A stretch of DNA of 64,000 nt from SAR324 cluster bacterium (GCA_016735295.1 JAERRU010000003.1:742-64741); one strand, 5' to 3'. Shown: positions 8,106-18,814, numbered from the stretch's first letter. The notes: generated by a model from the letters alone, not told the origin. Numbers and translations are program-made.

Positions 8106-8126
8106 TAAGACTTGACCTAAGTCTTA
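8106..8126 (+). terminator. Stem-loop downstream of the flgF-to-OMP gene string
   Basis: TAAGACTT gacct AAGTCTTA, 8-bp perfect stem; no T-run follows. Confidence 0.3.
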
Positions 8127-8184
8127 AATATCTATATTATCTAGCAAAATTAGATTTTCTATTAACCTTATTAATTATTCATCA

Positions 8185-8427
8185 ATGGATAAAATTAGAG
8201 AAAATAGTGCTGGATTAGCTATTCAAAAAGAATACTCAAAAGTGCCTACCCCTATTTTGGCTAACCCTGTTAAAACAGAAACCTTTGATCCTCCTTATAT
8301 AAATAGTACCCGTAAAATAGCTCCCCAAACAAATCAAACAGAATTGCAGGGCATAGAGCAAAATAATAATCCAGACGGTGCTAATCCTAACAATAAGAAT
8401 AAAAATAGTTTCAACACTTTAGCTTAA
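8185..8427 (+). CDS. Hypothetical small Pro/Asn-rich protein (80 aa)
   Basis: ORF only; low-complexity sequence, no recognisable motif. Confidence 0.3.
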   Translation: MDKIRENSAGLAIQKEYSKVPTPILANPVKTETFDPPYINSTRKIAPQTNQTELQGIEQNNNPDGANPNNKNKNSFNTLA

Positions 8428-8493
8428 CTACTTTTATTATATATCCCCGCAAAATTGGTGGGCTAGCCATAATAATAACTATGACTAGGTGAA

Positions 8494-10296
8494 TTATGGT
8501 TTTTTCATCTCTTCTAGTATATCGGTAGAAACTATTATATCAGCCACTTCTGCCGTTAAATCCTGTAATTTTTCTAATTCTGCTTCTAGTGTTTGTAATT
8601 TACCAAATTCAAGCAATCCTTCTAGCAAATCTCGTTGACGTTTTATATCTTTTGCCGTTGATGCCGATAAAATTTGACGTATTTTAGGCATAGATCTATC
8701 CACGGCGACAATCATAGTTTTTGTTTTTTGGGTTAATTCTATTAAACTTCTGCTGGCCATATCTTCAAAGGCAAAATTAATTGAATCTTCAATCATGTTA
8801 GTAACCTCTGTCCTAGTTAATCCGTGTTCTGGTATTAGCTCTATGTTAGCCGCAACATCAGATCTTAACTCTTTGGCTGAAACGCTCAAAATACCATTTT
8901 GGTCAACTAGAAATTCTACCTCAATACGAGGCAACCCAGCGGGCATTTGGGGAATACCTTTTAATTTGAATTTACCTACTAACCGGCAATCCTTGATAAA
9001 TTCCCTTTCTCCTTGATAAATATTTATATCAACTGAGTTTTGATTATCTACCGAGGTAGAAAAATTTTCTGTGACCCTAGAGGGCAAAGAGGCATTTTTT
9101 AAAATTAATTTAGAAAACACTCCCCCGATAGTTTCAATGCCTAGCGATAAAGGCACTACATCAAGTAAAAGATAATCATAACTTTTTCCCGCTAGCATAT
9201 GGCCTTGAATTGCTGCTCCATAAGCCACTACCTTATCAGGATCTATCCTGCTATTAGGCGTTTTGCCAAAATAATCACTAAGGACTTTTCTAACCAATGG
9301 CACCCTTGTGCTGCCACCAACTAGCACGGCTTCATCAATATCTGTTGCTGTTAATTTAGCTGATTTAAGGGTTTCGGTAATTATATCAATAGTTTTGGTG
9401 ACGATCGGTGCGATTAATTTATCAAACTCAGATTTTAAAATTGATAGTGGCTCCTTTTTTCCTAAACTAAATTCACTAGTAAATTCAAAATCAGCTTCTG
9501 CATTAGTGCTTAGCAATAATTTGGTCTTCTCAGCGGATACCTTTAATAGTTGCTTGTCTTTTGCCGTCAATTTATGCTTATCAATATTAGATTTATCTAA
9601 TACATAATCGATTAATAGTTGGTCAAAATCATCTCCCCCCAAAGCGTTGTCCCCTTGCGTTGATATCACCCGAAACACCTTTTTCTTTAATTTTAGCACG
9701 GTAACATCAAAAGTTCCTCCCCCTAAATCATAGACCAATACTTGGCCTATCTTCTTTTGATCCAGACCATATGCAATAGCGGCCGCAGTAGGCTCATTAA
9801 TTATTCTAACTGGCTCTAACATCGCTATTAATGCGGCGTCTTTGGTGGCTTGTCTTTGTGAATCACCAAAATAGGCGGGAACAGTGATAACTATTTTTTT
9901 GATTGTCTTATGCAAAAAAACTTCCGCCATATCCTTTAAATATTTTAATATATAAGCTGATAACGCCTCTGGTGAAGCCGATTTATCATCATCACCTAGT
10001 AAAATATTATTTCTTAATCCTCGCTTAATCTGATAAGGAAATTGGGCACTATTAATGGTTAATTTATCAAATTCTTGCCCCATAAATCTTTTAAATGAAT
10101 AGATACTTAACGATGGATATTCATTTCTTAATTTCTCTGCCTCCTCGCCCACCTTAATTTGCCCTTTAGCCAAGCAGACTATTGATCTTGTTACAGCACT
10201 TTTTTTACCATCGGCAGAGGCTATTATTTTAACCCCATCATCAGTCACATAGCTAGCCAAACTATAAGTAGTCCCTAAATCTATACCTATTATCAT
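8494..10296 (-). CDS. hscA: Hsp70-family chaperone, HscA-like
   Basis: 600-aa ORF; [31 protein letters not shown] actin-fold ATPase motifs; length and C-terminus fit HscA better than DnaK. No hscB/isc neighbours. Confidence 0.7.
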   Translation of the reverse strand: MIIGIDLGTTYSLASYVTDDGVKIIASADGKKSAVTRSIVCLAKGQIKVGEEAEKLRNEYPSLSIYSFKRFMGQEFDKLTINSAQFPYQIKRGLRNNILLGDDDKSASPEALSAYILKYLKDMAEVFLHKTIKKIVITVPAYFGDSQRQATKDAALIAMLEPVRIINEPTAAAIAYGLDQKKIGQVLVYDLGGGTFDVTVLKLKKKVFRVISTQGDNALGGDDFDQLLIDYVLDKSNIDKHKLTAKDKQLLKVSAEKTKLLLSTNAEADFEFTSEFSLGKKEPLSILKSEFDKLIAPIVTKTIDIITETLKSAKLTATDIDEAVLVGGSTRVPLVRKVLSDYFGKTPNSRIDPDKVVAYGAAIQGHMLAGKSYDYLLLDVVPLSLGIETIGGVFSKLILKNASLPSRVTENFSTSVDNQNSVDINIYQGEREFIKDCRLVGKFKLKGIPQMPAGLPRIEVEFLVDQNGILSVSAKELRSDVAANIELIPEHGLTRTEVTNMIEDSINFAFEDMASRSLIELTQKTKTMIVAVDRSMPKIRQILSASTAKDIKRQRDLLEGLLEFGKLQTLEAELEKLQDLTAEVADIIVSTDILEEMKKP

Positions 10297-10450
10297 TTGA
10301 TATGATTATTTTTTATTATAATATTTTACTATCTCAATATATCTTTTTTAGCAGAAAGAACCTCACCTTTTTTAGTCATTAAATATCAATTAGCATATAT
10401 AATAATAATAGTATGCTCAATAATTTTAATGCTTCAGCTAAAGACTACTT

Positions 10451-11236
10451 TTAATGAAGATTAAAATTTGGTAAATGATGAGCAGGATTAACAGGTTTAT
10501 CTTGCAAGCGCACTTCAAAATGCAACAAATGAGCAGTGGCATTGCCCGTTCTTCCTACTAGGGCTACTGGTTGAGACTGTTTCACCTGTTGCCCCTTTCG
10601 TACTAGTGCTTTATTTAAATGAGCGTAAAGGCTGCTCACCCCGCCGCCATGATCAATAATAAGAGTTTTTCCGTAGCCTCTGATCCATTTTACTTGAGTA
10701 ATTTTGCCCGCTTCAACAGCCACTATTGGGCTATTTACCTTAGCTACTATATCTATCCCATCGTGCATTCTATCTCCACGCATCCCAAAAGGTGAGGTAA
10801 CCCTGCCTTTTAACGGCCAAACTAAATTCATCGCTTGCGGTGCTGGTCTGGAATTAGGATTAATAGTGGTAGCAGTGGTAGTAGTGGTCGCAGTGGTAGC
10901 GGCAGCAACAGCAGTATTATGATCATTAGAATATCTAGCGGGCGATGACTTAGCGATAAAAATCATCTTGCCATTAGCTATATCTTGCTCATCAAAAATA
11001 TTATTATGCCTTTTTATCTCTGATACAGAAGCCTCATAAAATCTAGCCACACTAGCTAAAGAATCTCCACTTCGCCAAATATAAATATGTCCCTGCTCAA
11101 TAGCAGGGCTATATGATTTATGATTGCTACATGAGGAAATAAATCCTATCATTAGACCTACTAATCCTAGAAAAATAGATTTTGTGATATATTTCCTGTT
11201 TAAAAATTTATTTATATTTATTTTATATTCTTTCAT
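10451..11236 (-). CDS. LysM-domain M23 metallopeptidase lipoprotein (NlpD-like)
   Basis: 261-aa ORF; lipobox FISSC; LysM-like YIWRSGDSLASVARFY; M23 motifs HDGIDI and LLHFEV. Confidence 0.75.
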   Translation of the reverse strand: MKEYKININKFLNRKYITKSIFLGLVGLMIGFISSCSNHKSYSPAIEQGHIYIWRSGDSLASVARFYEASVSEIKRHNNIFDEQDIANGKMIFIAKSSPARYSNDHNTAVAAATTATTTTTATTINPNSRPAPQAMNLVWPLKGRVTSPFGMRGDRMHDGIDIVAKVNSPIVAVEAGKITQVKWIRGYGKTLIIDHGGGVSSLYAHLNKALVRKGQQVKQSQPVALVGRTGNATAHLLHFEVRLQDKPVNPAHHLPNFNLH

Positions 11237-11255
11237 TATTGGTAATTTACATTTT

Positions 11256-11285
11256 TTGACTAGCTCTACCCATTAGAGTTATATT
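11256..11285 (+). promoter_or_regulatory. Sigma-70-like promoter candidate for the holA-like gene
   Basis: TTGACT (11256-11261), 18-nt spacer, TATATT (11280-11285); about 50 nt upstream of the ATG at 11336. AT-rich background makes chance matches common. Confidence 0.3.
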
Positions 11286-11335
11286 TTATACTATACTTTT
11301 AAATCGGCATAACCTTGGACTAGATTAATATTATT

Positions 11336-12655
11336 ATGAAAGACAATTTACTATTTATCTTTGGTAATTCAGATTATGAAAGAGAAGAAGCCTTAACTAA
11401 ACTAACCCGCCGGTTCAAAAAAACTCATCAATTAATAATTTTTAACCCTCAAGATTATATCCCTGCAGAAGATACTATTAACAGCCTATCCAAAATTATA
11501 GCCGAATTAACCACCACCACATTTTTTAAAACTAAATATTGCTTACTATTTAATAATATAGATAAAATAGAATCAAAAATTTCCACCACTCCCCCACCAT
11601 CAATTAAGCCTTTACTGAAAAATTTAGTTTTATACTACGCCAAAAATGACTTTTTCTTATCTCCCGCTCTATATAATAAAAGTAAAGTTATTAAAGCCTC
11701 ACATTTAATATTGAAATACACTTCCCGCAACCAAATTATTAAAATAACTTTACCTGCTAAATTTAAAAATAAAACTTTTATCGATCGCCCTGAATTAAAG
11801 ATAACCGATTGGCTAGCAGAAAAATTGGGAATAGATTTTAATAATTTTCACTTTCGTCACCCAGAAACGTCTTCTATATGGTCTTTAATCGAAAATTTAT
11901 CTGCTCTGGATAGTGACGATTTAATAATAATTTTCTCTACTAAACTAAAAAATCAACAAAATTTAACCAATAACTGGAAAAATATAGCCGCTAAAGCCAC
12001 CATAAAAAATTATAGCTTGGATTATCCTAATAGTGTTTCTTCTAGTTGGATAAAAAAAATTGCTCAACAAAAATATCAACTATCTCTGTCCATAGATATA
12101 GCCGATCTTTTATTAGAATTAGTAGGCCCTAACAAGCAATTAATTATTAGCGAACTTTATAAATTAAACTTGCTTGATGGCTCTGATGTTTTGCTAAATT
12201 CAGATACTGTTAATAAATTAGTTATCCCTCAAACGGATTTTGTGATTTTTAAACTTAAAGAATTAATTGCCCACCAGAAAATATCAGAACTGGCTAATTT
12301 CATAAAAATAGTTCGGCAAAATTCTGCTTTTAACCTAATAATGATAAATGGATTTCTAGCAAATAGTTTCACTAAACTCTATTTACTAAAATTATTAGAT
12401 AAATCTAATATTAACCTAAATGAAATATCAAGTTTAACTAAATCTCCTTTATGGTTAGTTAAAAAAGATTTAGCTATTGCTCATAATTTCACTATCAGAG
12501 AACTAGAATCAATCCTCATGCTCCTCGCTAATAATGATATAAAAACAAAATTTTTACCCAAAATTAGCTGGGATGTGTTTATCACTAACTGCAATTTTAT
12601 GGCTTTACGTAAATATATCAAAAATGATGCTATCTATCATTGGTTGCCAAATTAA
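11336..12655 (+). CDS. holA: DNA polymerase III delta subunit-like protein (HolA-like, enlarged)
   Basis: 439-aa ORF; N-terminal LLFIFGNSDYEREEAL and C-terminal ADLLLELVGPNKQLIISELYKLNLL resemble HolA; longer than the usual ~340 aa. Confidence 0.5.
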   Translation: MKDNLLFIFGNSDYEREEALTKLTRRFKKTHQLIIFNPQDYIPAEDTINSLSKIIAELTTTTFFKTKYCLLFNNIDKIESKISTTPPPSIKPLLKNLVLYYAKNDFFLSPALYNKSKVIKASHLILKYTSRNQIIKITLPAKFKNKTFIDRPELKITDWLAEKLGIDFNNFHFRHPETSSIWSLIENLSALDSDDLIIIFSTKLKNQQNLTNNWKNIAAKATIKNYSLDYPNSVSSSWIKKIAQQKYQLSLSIDIADLLLELVGPNKQLIISELYKLNLLDGSDVLLNSDTVNKLVIPQTDFVIFKLKELIAHQKISELANFIKIVRQNSAFNLIMINGFLANSFTKLYLLKLLDKSNINLNEISSLTKSPLWLVKKDLAIAHNFTIRELESILMLLANNDIKTKFLPKISWDVFITNCNFMALRKYIKNDAIYHWLPN

Positions 12656-12815
12656 CTCTTCATTTATATTATAGATCGGCATCCATTCTGGCTCATCCCT
12701 CCCCCTAGATACCCATATCAAACATTTAATTTGTTGCACTTTTACGTTTCATTGTGCTAACGTGAACATCATAGATAATATTATAATAAGTTTTTCATTC
12801 GCAAAGTTATGGCAA

Positions 12816-12844
12816 TTGCTAGAATGGTTTAATTTTTTTATAAT
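12816..12844 (+). promoter_or_regulatory. Sigma-70-like promoter candidate for the SNF2 gene
   Basis: TTGCTA (12816-12821), 17-nt spacer, perfect TATAAT (12839-12844); 28 nt upstream of the GTG start at 12873. Confidence 0.4.
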
Positions 12845-12872
12845 TCAATATTTAATAACTAATTTTTAAAAA

Positions 12873-15800
12873 GTGAATTTTATAGATGCTTATAATCCGA
12901 TCAAGCGAGCATTGGAGGCTACCAAGGTTTCTAAGGATTTACAAAAAGAATTTCTTGATTTTTTATCTGATTATCCTGAGTATAAATCACAAGCAACCTA
13001 CTTATTAACTACCAAAAAAGAATCTATTGAAAAAATAGTTTTCGACCTGTTTGATGTGCCCATCAAAGAGCAACCAGGCTGGACAAAAGCGGGTGAACTG
13101 CAAAAAGAAAAAACTTCCTCTCTCCTACATGGAAATGCTGATTGTATAAATAAAACACCCGATGTTATGCCTCGTCTTTTGTTTAAGGAATGGAGGCAAG
13201 AACATGGTTTTGATTCTCCTTTATTAGAAATAGGAGATATTCACACTATCATCAGATTTACTAAGCATATAGCTCCTGATTTAGAAATTAAGTATCGCTG
13301 GGAATTTTTTAAATCTCGTTATGGCAAGCGGAGTTGGGGAAAAGAAAAGAAAATAAAATATATTCTCAAAGCTTTACTTGATAATAATAGCAATCCTGGA
13401 TGGGTGGTACGCTCTTTTTTAGAGGAAAACTATTTTTTAACCGATATTAATAATGCTCCTCGCCCGGTTAATGAATTACCTAATCCTTTGGTGCTTGACG
13501 CTCATGACTCTCACGCTCTTTTATATCTAGTTTTAGGTAATCCTTATCTTTTTTATGACACGGCAAAATTACCAATAACTAATTCAGAAATTAAGGTTAC
13601 TCCTCTTTTGTACCGCTATGAAAGTGATGATGGCTATTTTATACACACATTTTTTGAATATGAGCGTCCTTTACTGGGAATAACTATTATTGATGCCCAA
13701 GAATTCATTAAAACTGGGGTAATTTTACCAGGAGAGCCCACCTCAATTATTTTTAATAACCAATACCACAAATTAACCAAAAATAAATTACCCCTTAGGA
13801 TGATACAAGGATCGCTAAGTGGCGTGCTAGTTCCTAAAAAAGAGTGGGATGGTTTTATTGAAAATTGGCATGAAAACTATCAAGATTATCCTATCTTAAA
13901 CTATAAAAAAAATAGCAAAAACTTACCTTCGCTAGCCCATTTTAAGAAGAGAAATATTAAAGATTGGCAAAATTGGTTAATACCTCCTCACAGCTTTAAC
14001 GATAGCCCCGTTAATCGTGATCTATACCCAATCATCAAATTACATCCTACATCCTATCAATATAAGAGTAACAAAATATCATTTAACATCGAAAATCTTA
14101 ATCAACCACATTTAGAAAATTTAGCTAAATTGCCCGAGCACCGCAAATTACTAAGTATGATTGAACTAGGTTTGCATCTTAGGACTATGGGCAACCAGCC
14201 TGGTATGATCACTTTTGAGCGGCATGAAGCTTCACAATTTTTAAGATTATTAGAATATTATCCTTTTGCTTTTAATGACCAAGGGCGACCTCTTTTTTCT
14301 AAAAATAGCCTTGATTATCATTTAACAGTTAAAAAACATCCCACCAATCCTAAGCAATATTTTTTGCAAGGATCTATTTCTTTGCCCCAAGAAAAAACTA
14401 CTATTTCCGGTTTAAAGAAAAGGTCTCGTATTAACATTAAAAATATTCGAGCTATCGGGCTTGTTCCTTCTTATTTGATCTATAACGAGCAATTAATGAG
14501 AATCAGCGATATGCTTTCTGCTAGATTGGTGAATGATTCTTTAATTGGCATTGTGGTGGGAAAAGAGGGGATTAATGATTTTTATACTATCACTTTGCCT
14601 TTTCTCAAACAACGAGACATAAAAATGCGTGATAAGCAAGGTTTGTTGCGAATTTCGGCCTTATACAATTATAAATTGCAAGGTCACATTAATATTTGGG
14701 AAGTAAAAGGAATGTTAATGGGTCATTTAAAGTCTACTATGAACACAGGTATTGGGCAATTTACTTATCCACTAGGCATTAGCAATGAAAAATTTTCGCA
14801 TAAATTAGACGGTTATCACCACCAAATATTGCGTAATAAAGCCCAAGAAACCAGCCTACTTGATCATCTATATTCCCACGGCTGGATTGACGAAGGCGGT
14901 GGGGAATATTCTATGAATGAGATGACTGCCATTAGATTTATACTAGATATCTTGCCTGTTCAAACTGGGGATGAAATAGTTAAATACTACGGAAGCAAAA
15001 AGCTTAGCCGCTGGAAGGTGAAAAATGTTATTCCGCAATTTACGACTAATATAAGCAGTGGGATTAATTGGTTTGATTTGAAAATTGATATCAATTATGA
15101 GGGCAAGAAACTTGATGTAATGAAAATTATTGAGATATGGAAAAATGGCTCTCATACTTTAAATTTTAATAATGATAATGGAATTGCTTTAATTGATAAA
15201 GATTGGCTAGCAAAGCATGCCCCCATATTAAATAGATTGGCTGAATCTAATAAGCGATTGATAGATAATAATCAAGAAAAGCAGCTAGACGATGCATCTA
15301 ATGGAGGTTTGGCCATAGAAAATTTTCAAATTGGTCTTTTAAATGAGCTAGTAGAATCATCAAAGAAAGTTGTGGCTGATAATCACTGGAAAAATTTAGT
15401 GCGTAGATTGAAAAATTTCACCAGAATTGAAACGCATAATATCCCTCCAGAAGTTAAGGCTAATTTGCGGGATTATCAAAAAATTGGGGTTAATTGGCTT
15501 ATTATGCTAAAGAAATTTGGCTTTTGCGGCATATTAGCTGACGATATGGGCTTGGGCAAAACTCTGCAAACTTTAGCTTTTCTGGCTTTAGAGCGTAAAC
15601 AATCTAAAAGATTAGCTCCTGCTTTGGTGGTGGCGCCTACTTCGGTAGTATTTAATTGGAAGGTTGAGGTTGAAAAATTTGTTCCTCATCTTAAATGTTT
15701 GATATTAAAAGGGGCGAACCGGCATAAACACATCAAAAATCTAGCAAAATATGACCTAATAATTACATCTTACAATATATTACAAAGGGATATTTCTTTA

Positions 15801-16856
15801 TTAAAAGAGCATAAATTATCTACCTTAGTGCTTGATGAGGCTCAAATGATTAGAAATTTTCGCTCTAAAAATGCTCAAACAGTATCTATGCTCAATGCCG
15901 ATTTTAAGATTAGTTTAACTGGCACTCCAATTGAAAATTCAGTTATGGAGCTGTGGTCACAATTTAATTTCCTTATGCCTGGTTTAACCGGCACGCAAAA
16001 AGAATTTTACCGTAATTATGTTAGGGTGGGGAGAAATCATACTAGTAAATATAATCTTGATATTCTTTCTAATCAAACTAGGCCATTTATTTTAAGGCGA
16101 ATGAAACAAAAGGTGGCCACTGAATTACCTGATAAAACTGAGCAAACTATATTATGTGAAATGAATCCTGAGCAACAAAAGCTTTACGACACTGTGTTGG
16201 CGGCTATTAAATCTGATTTATCACCTAAAATTAATGGAGTTTGTTTTACCAATCACCGAATTGCTATTTTTGATGGTATGTTAAAATTAAGGCAAATATG
16301 TTGTGATCCTAGGCTTAGTCAATTTGGGCAAATTAATCCTCCGCCAAGCACTAAAATGCAAGTTTTCATGGATACCTTGACAGAGATAGTGGAAGAAGGT
16401 CACCGAGTGCTGGTATTTAGCCAATTTGTGAAGATGTTAGAGCTTATGCATCCTGCGTTAAAAGAAAAAAATATAAATTTTTTGCAATTAGACGGCAGTG
16501 TATCTAATCGCCAGCAATTAGTTGATGATTTTCAAGAAAATGATGGCTTTCCAGTTTTTTTGATCAGTTTAAAAGCAGGGGGCACTGGGATAAATTTAAC
16601 GGCCGCTGATTATGTTATCCATTATGACCCTTGGTGGAATCCTGCAGTAGAAACGCAAGCCACAGACCGAGCCCACCGAATTGGTCAAAAAAAGCAAGTT
16701 CATGTTTATAAACTCATTACCACCAACAGTATTGAGGAGAAAATTCAGGTATTACAAAAGAGAAAAAAAACTTTATCTAATCGCGTCATAAAATCATCAG
16801 ATAATATTGAAAATATTTTTAATCCCAAGGATTTATCAGAAATATTTGACCTATAA
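12873..16856 (+). CDS. SNF2-family ATPase/helicase with a large N-terminal region (1327 aa)
   Basis: GTG start. C-terminal ~460 aa carry SNF2 motifs DDMGLGKT, LVLDEAQMIRN, SLTGTPIEN, LKAGGTGINLT, TDRAHRIGQKK. The N-terminal ~850 aa have no motif I recognise. Confidence 0.85.
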   Translation: MNFIDAYNPIKRALEATKVSKDLQKEFLDFLSDYPEYKSQATYLLTTKKESIEKIVFDLFDVPIKEQPGWTKAGELQKEKTSSLLHGNADCINKTPDVMPRLLFKEWRQEHGFDSPLLEIGDIHTIIRFTKHIAPDLEIKYRWEFFKSRYGKRSWGKEKKIKYILKALLDNNSNPGWVVRSFLEENYFLTDINNAPRPVNELPNPLVLDAHDSHALLYLVLGNPYLFYDTAKLPITNSEIKVTPLLYRYESDDGYFIHTFFEYERPLLGITIIDAQEFIKTGVILPGEPTSIIFNNQYHKLTKNKLPLRMIQGSLSGVLVPKKEWDGFIENWHENYQDYPILNYKKNSKNLPSLAHFKKRNIKDWQNWLIPPHSFNDSPVNRDLYPIIKLHPTSYQYKSNKISFNIENLNQPHLENLAKLPEHRKLLSMIELGLHLRTMGNQPGMITFERHEASQFLRLLEYYPFAFNDQGRPLFSKNSLDYHLTVKKHPTNPKQYFLQGSISLPQEKTTISGLKKRSRINIKNIRAIGLVPSYLIYNEQLMRISDMLSARLVNDSLIGIVVGKEGINDFYTITLPFLKQRDIKMRDKQGLLRISALYNYKLQGHINIWEVKGMLMGHLKSTMNTGIGQFTYPLGISNEKFSHKLDGYHHQILRNKAQETSLLDHLYSHGWIDEGGGEYSMNEMTAIRFILDILPVQTGDEIVKYYGSKKLSRWKVKNVIPQFTTNISSGINWFDLKIDINYEGKKLDVMKIIEIWKNGSHTLNFNNDNGIALIDKDWLAKHAPILNRLAESNKRLIDNNQEKQLDDASNGGLAIENFQIGLLNELVESSKKVVADNHWKNLVRRLKNFTRIETHNIPPEVKANLRDYQKIGVNWLIMLKKFGFCGILADDMGLGKTLQTLAFLALERKQSKRLAPALVVAPTSVVFNWKVEVEKFVPHLKCLILKGANRHKHIKNLAKYDLIITSYNILQRDISLLKEHKLSTLVLDEAQMIRNFRSKNAQTVSMLNADFKISLTGTPIENSVMELWSQFNFLMPGLTGTQKEFYRNYVRVGRNHTSKYNLDILSNQTRPFILRRMKQKVATELPDKTEQTILCEMNPEQQKLYDTVLAAIKSDLSPKINGVCFTNHRIAIFDGMLKLRQICCDPRLSQFGQINPPPSTKMQVFMDTLTEIVEEGHRVLVFSQFVKMLELMHPALKEKNINFLQLDGSVSNRQQLVDDFQENDGFPVFLISLKAGGTGINLTAADYVIHYDPWWNPAVETQATDRAHRIGQKKQVHVYKLITTNSIEEKIQVLQKRKKTLSNRVIKSSDNIENIFNPKDLSEIFDL

Positions 16857-16998
16857 GCTTATCTGTGCTTACCTATATTCACTTGTCATATATTAGCACT
16901 TACTTTTTTTAGTGACTTTATGCTAAAATAAAACCAACTAGGTAAATGAGTAACCTAATCTTTTAATAAGCAATCAACTCAAATTATATTTATTATTG

Positions 16999-17481
16999 AT
17001 GGCAAATCACAATAAAAGGCCTATTTCAGCTCAAGGGTTAGTAGCGGTTAAAGAGCAAATCGACCATATTACAAAAGTAGAAAGGGGCAAAATAATTGCC
17101 GAAATCCAAGAAGCTCGGGCACATGGTGATTTAAAAGAAAATGCTGAGTATCACGCGGCTAAAGAAAGCCAAGCTTTGCTTGAAGCAAGGCTTGGTGTTT
17201 TAAACGGAGTGCTAGCTCACGCTGAGGTTATTGAATATGATAAAAATAGAGCTGATGTGGTGCAATTTAGTGCTATTGTTAGTTACGTTAACTTAGATAC
17301 TGAGCAAAGCTCCACTTGGCAAATTTTGGGTGCTGATGAGGCTGATTCTAATAAAAAAGTAATTTCCATCACTTCTCCAGTAGCGAGAGCCTTACTGGGA
17401 AAGATGGTAGGAGATACTGGGGTTATTATAGCACCTAAAGGAAAAATTGAGGTGGAGATTGTGAAGATTGAATATAAATAG
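16999..17481 (+). CDS. greA: Transcription elongation factor GreA
   Basis: 160 aa from the ATG at 16999 (track starts at the TTG at 16996); AHGDLKENAEYHAAKE coiled-coil motif and C-terminal ISITSPVARALLGK. Confidence 0.9.
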   Translation: MANHNKRPISAQGLVAVKEQIDHITKVERGKIIAEIQEARAHGDLKENAEYHAAKESQALLEARLGVLNGVLAHAEVIEYDKNRADVVQFSAIVSYVNLDTEQSSTWQILGADEADSNKKVISITSPVARALLGKMVGDTGVIIAPKGKIEVEIVKIEYK

Positions 17482-17540
17482 CCTATATTTTTTATTTGGA
17501 TTTAATCTATTAAATCTTGATTATTAATTATAGCAAAATT

Positions 17541-18800
17541 ATGTTAGGCAAGACTATAAATAGATTAATATATGGCTTATCTATTATTTTAGGGGCGTCA
17601 TTATTTACTATTTGGATAGCTGCTGCTACTTTGGCTGCTGATAACAAATTTTGCCAGCAAATAAAAAATTCTATTACTAACGGAAGCCTATTGGTAGTAG
17701 ACTTTGATTCATCAAAGATACTCTGTTCATTAAAAGCTAATCAAAATTTTATTCCGGCTTCTTTGCTCAAAATACCAGCTTCACTAGCCATCCTTAAAGG
17801 CTTGGGGGATTATTACCAATTTAGGACTAACTTTTGGTTAGATCATAAAAATAATTTGATTATTGAAGGATTAGGTGATCCTTTTTTAACCTCAGAAGAG
17901 ATTATTCTAATCTCGCAAGAGCTTACTGGGCTTAATCAGATAAGCTTTAATCGATTATTATTATCGCACAGTAAATTCGGTAAAATTACTATCCCTGATA
18001 TAGTTAATTCTACCGAGCCTTATGATGCGATCAATGCTGCTTTAGTGGTTAATTTTAATAGTATCTATGTCACGCTAAGTAAAGATGGAAAAGAGGTTAT
18101 TTCTGCTGAAAAACAAACACCTTTAACTGAAATAGCTAAAAACCACGCCCTTGTTCATTTACTTCCTGGCAGCACTAAGCGATTAAATTTAGGAAATAAT
18201 TTATCAATCACCCTTGATTACGTGGGGCAATTATTTATGAAAATTTTTAGCGAAAATAAAATAAATTTTCAGCACCTTGAGCATAGGGCATTAACAGGGG
18301 ATTTAGTGAAAGAAAAACAATTGCTATATGTGCACCACAACCCCCTCGCTTTAAAAGAGGCGATAAAGCTAACCTTAAAATATTCTAATAATATGCAAAT
18401 CAACCAGATGATGTTGCTGTTAGGGGCAAAAAAGTTTGGTTTTCCAGCTAGTTTGGATAAGGGGATGAAGGCATTAAAAATTTCTCTCAAAGAAATAAAT
18501 CCTGATTTGGCTAGCATGCTTTTTATGCTTGAGGCGTCGGGCATATCAAGAAATAACCAAGCTTCGGCTAAGGGGATGATGATAAGTTTAGATCATTTTT
18601 CTCCTTATTATCACCTCCTAAATAAAAAAAATGACTTCTATCTAAAAAGTGGCACCTTAACTGGGGTTTATAATTATGCGGGTTATTTAATTAATAAAAA
18701 TAATAATGATAAATCAATAAAATTTGTTTTAATGTTAAATCAACCCATCAATAATAGAGATAAATTACTGGCCCTTATTAAACAATTGAGCAAGTCTTAA
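17541..18800 (+). CDS. Peptidase S13 family D-Ala-D-Ala carboxypeptidase/endopeptidase (PBP4/DacB-like)
   Basis: SxxK (PASLLK), SxN (YSNN) and KSG (LKSGTL) motifs in the correct order; N-terminal signal/TM segment. Start is probably the ATG at 17541 (track: TTG at 17517). Confidence 0.6.
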   Translation: MLGKTINRLIYGLSIILGASLFTIWIAAATLAADNKFCQQIKNSITNGSLLVVDFDSSKILCSLKANQNFIPASLLKIPASLAILKGLGDYYQFRTNFWLDHKNNLIIEGLGDPFLTSEEIILISQELTGLNQISFNRLLLSHSKFGKITIPDIVNSTEPYDAINAALVVNFNSIYVTLSKDGKEVISAEKQTPLTEIAKNHALVHLLPGSTKRLNLGNNLSITLDYVGQLFMKIFSENKINFQHLEHRALTGDLVKEKQLLYVHHNPLALKEAIKLTLKYSNNMQINQMMLLLGAKKFGFPASLDKGMKALKISLKEINPDLASMLFMLEASGISRNNQASAKGMMISLDHFSPYYHLLNKKNDFYLKSGTLTGVYNYAGYLINKNNNDKSIKFVLMLNQPINNRDKLLALIKQLSKS

Positions 18801-18814
18801 GTGATGTGAAAATT

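Noticed and set aside
9298-9312. TGGCAC-N5-TGCT sigma-54-like match
   Set aside because: The GG-to-GC spacing is 9 rather than 10 nt. It lies inside and antisense to the hscA-like CDS, and only a shadow ORF follows.
12873-16856. The SNF2 helicase as part of a DISARM/BREX-like defence island
   Set aside because: No methyltransferase, PLD nuclease, DUF1998-like or other defence partner is present; the neighbours are holA-like and greA housekeeping genes.
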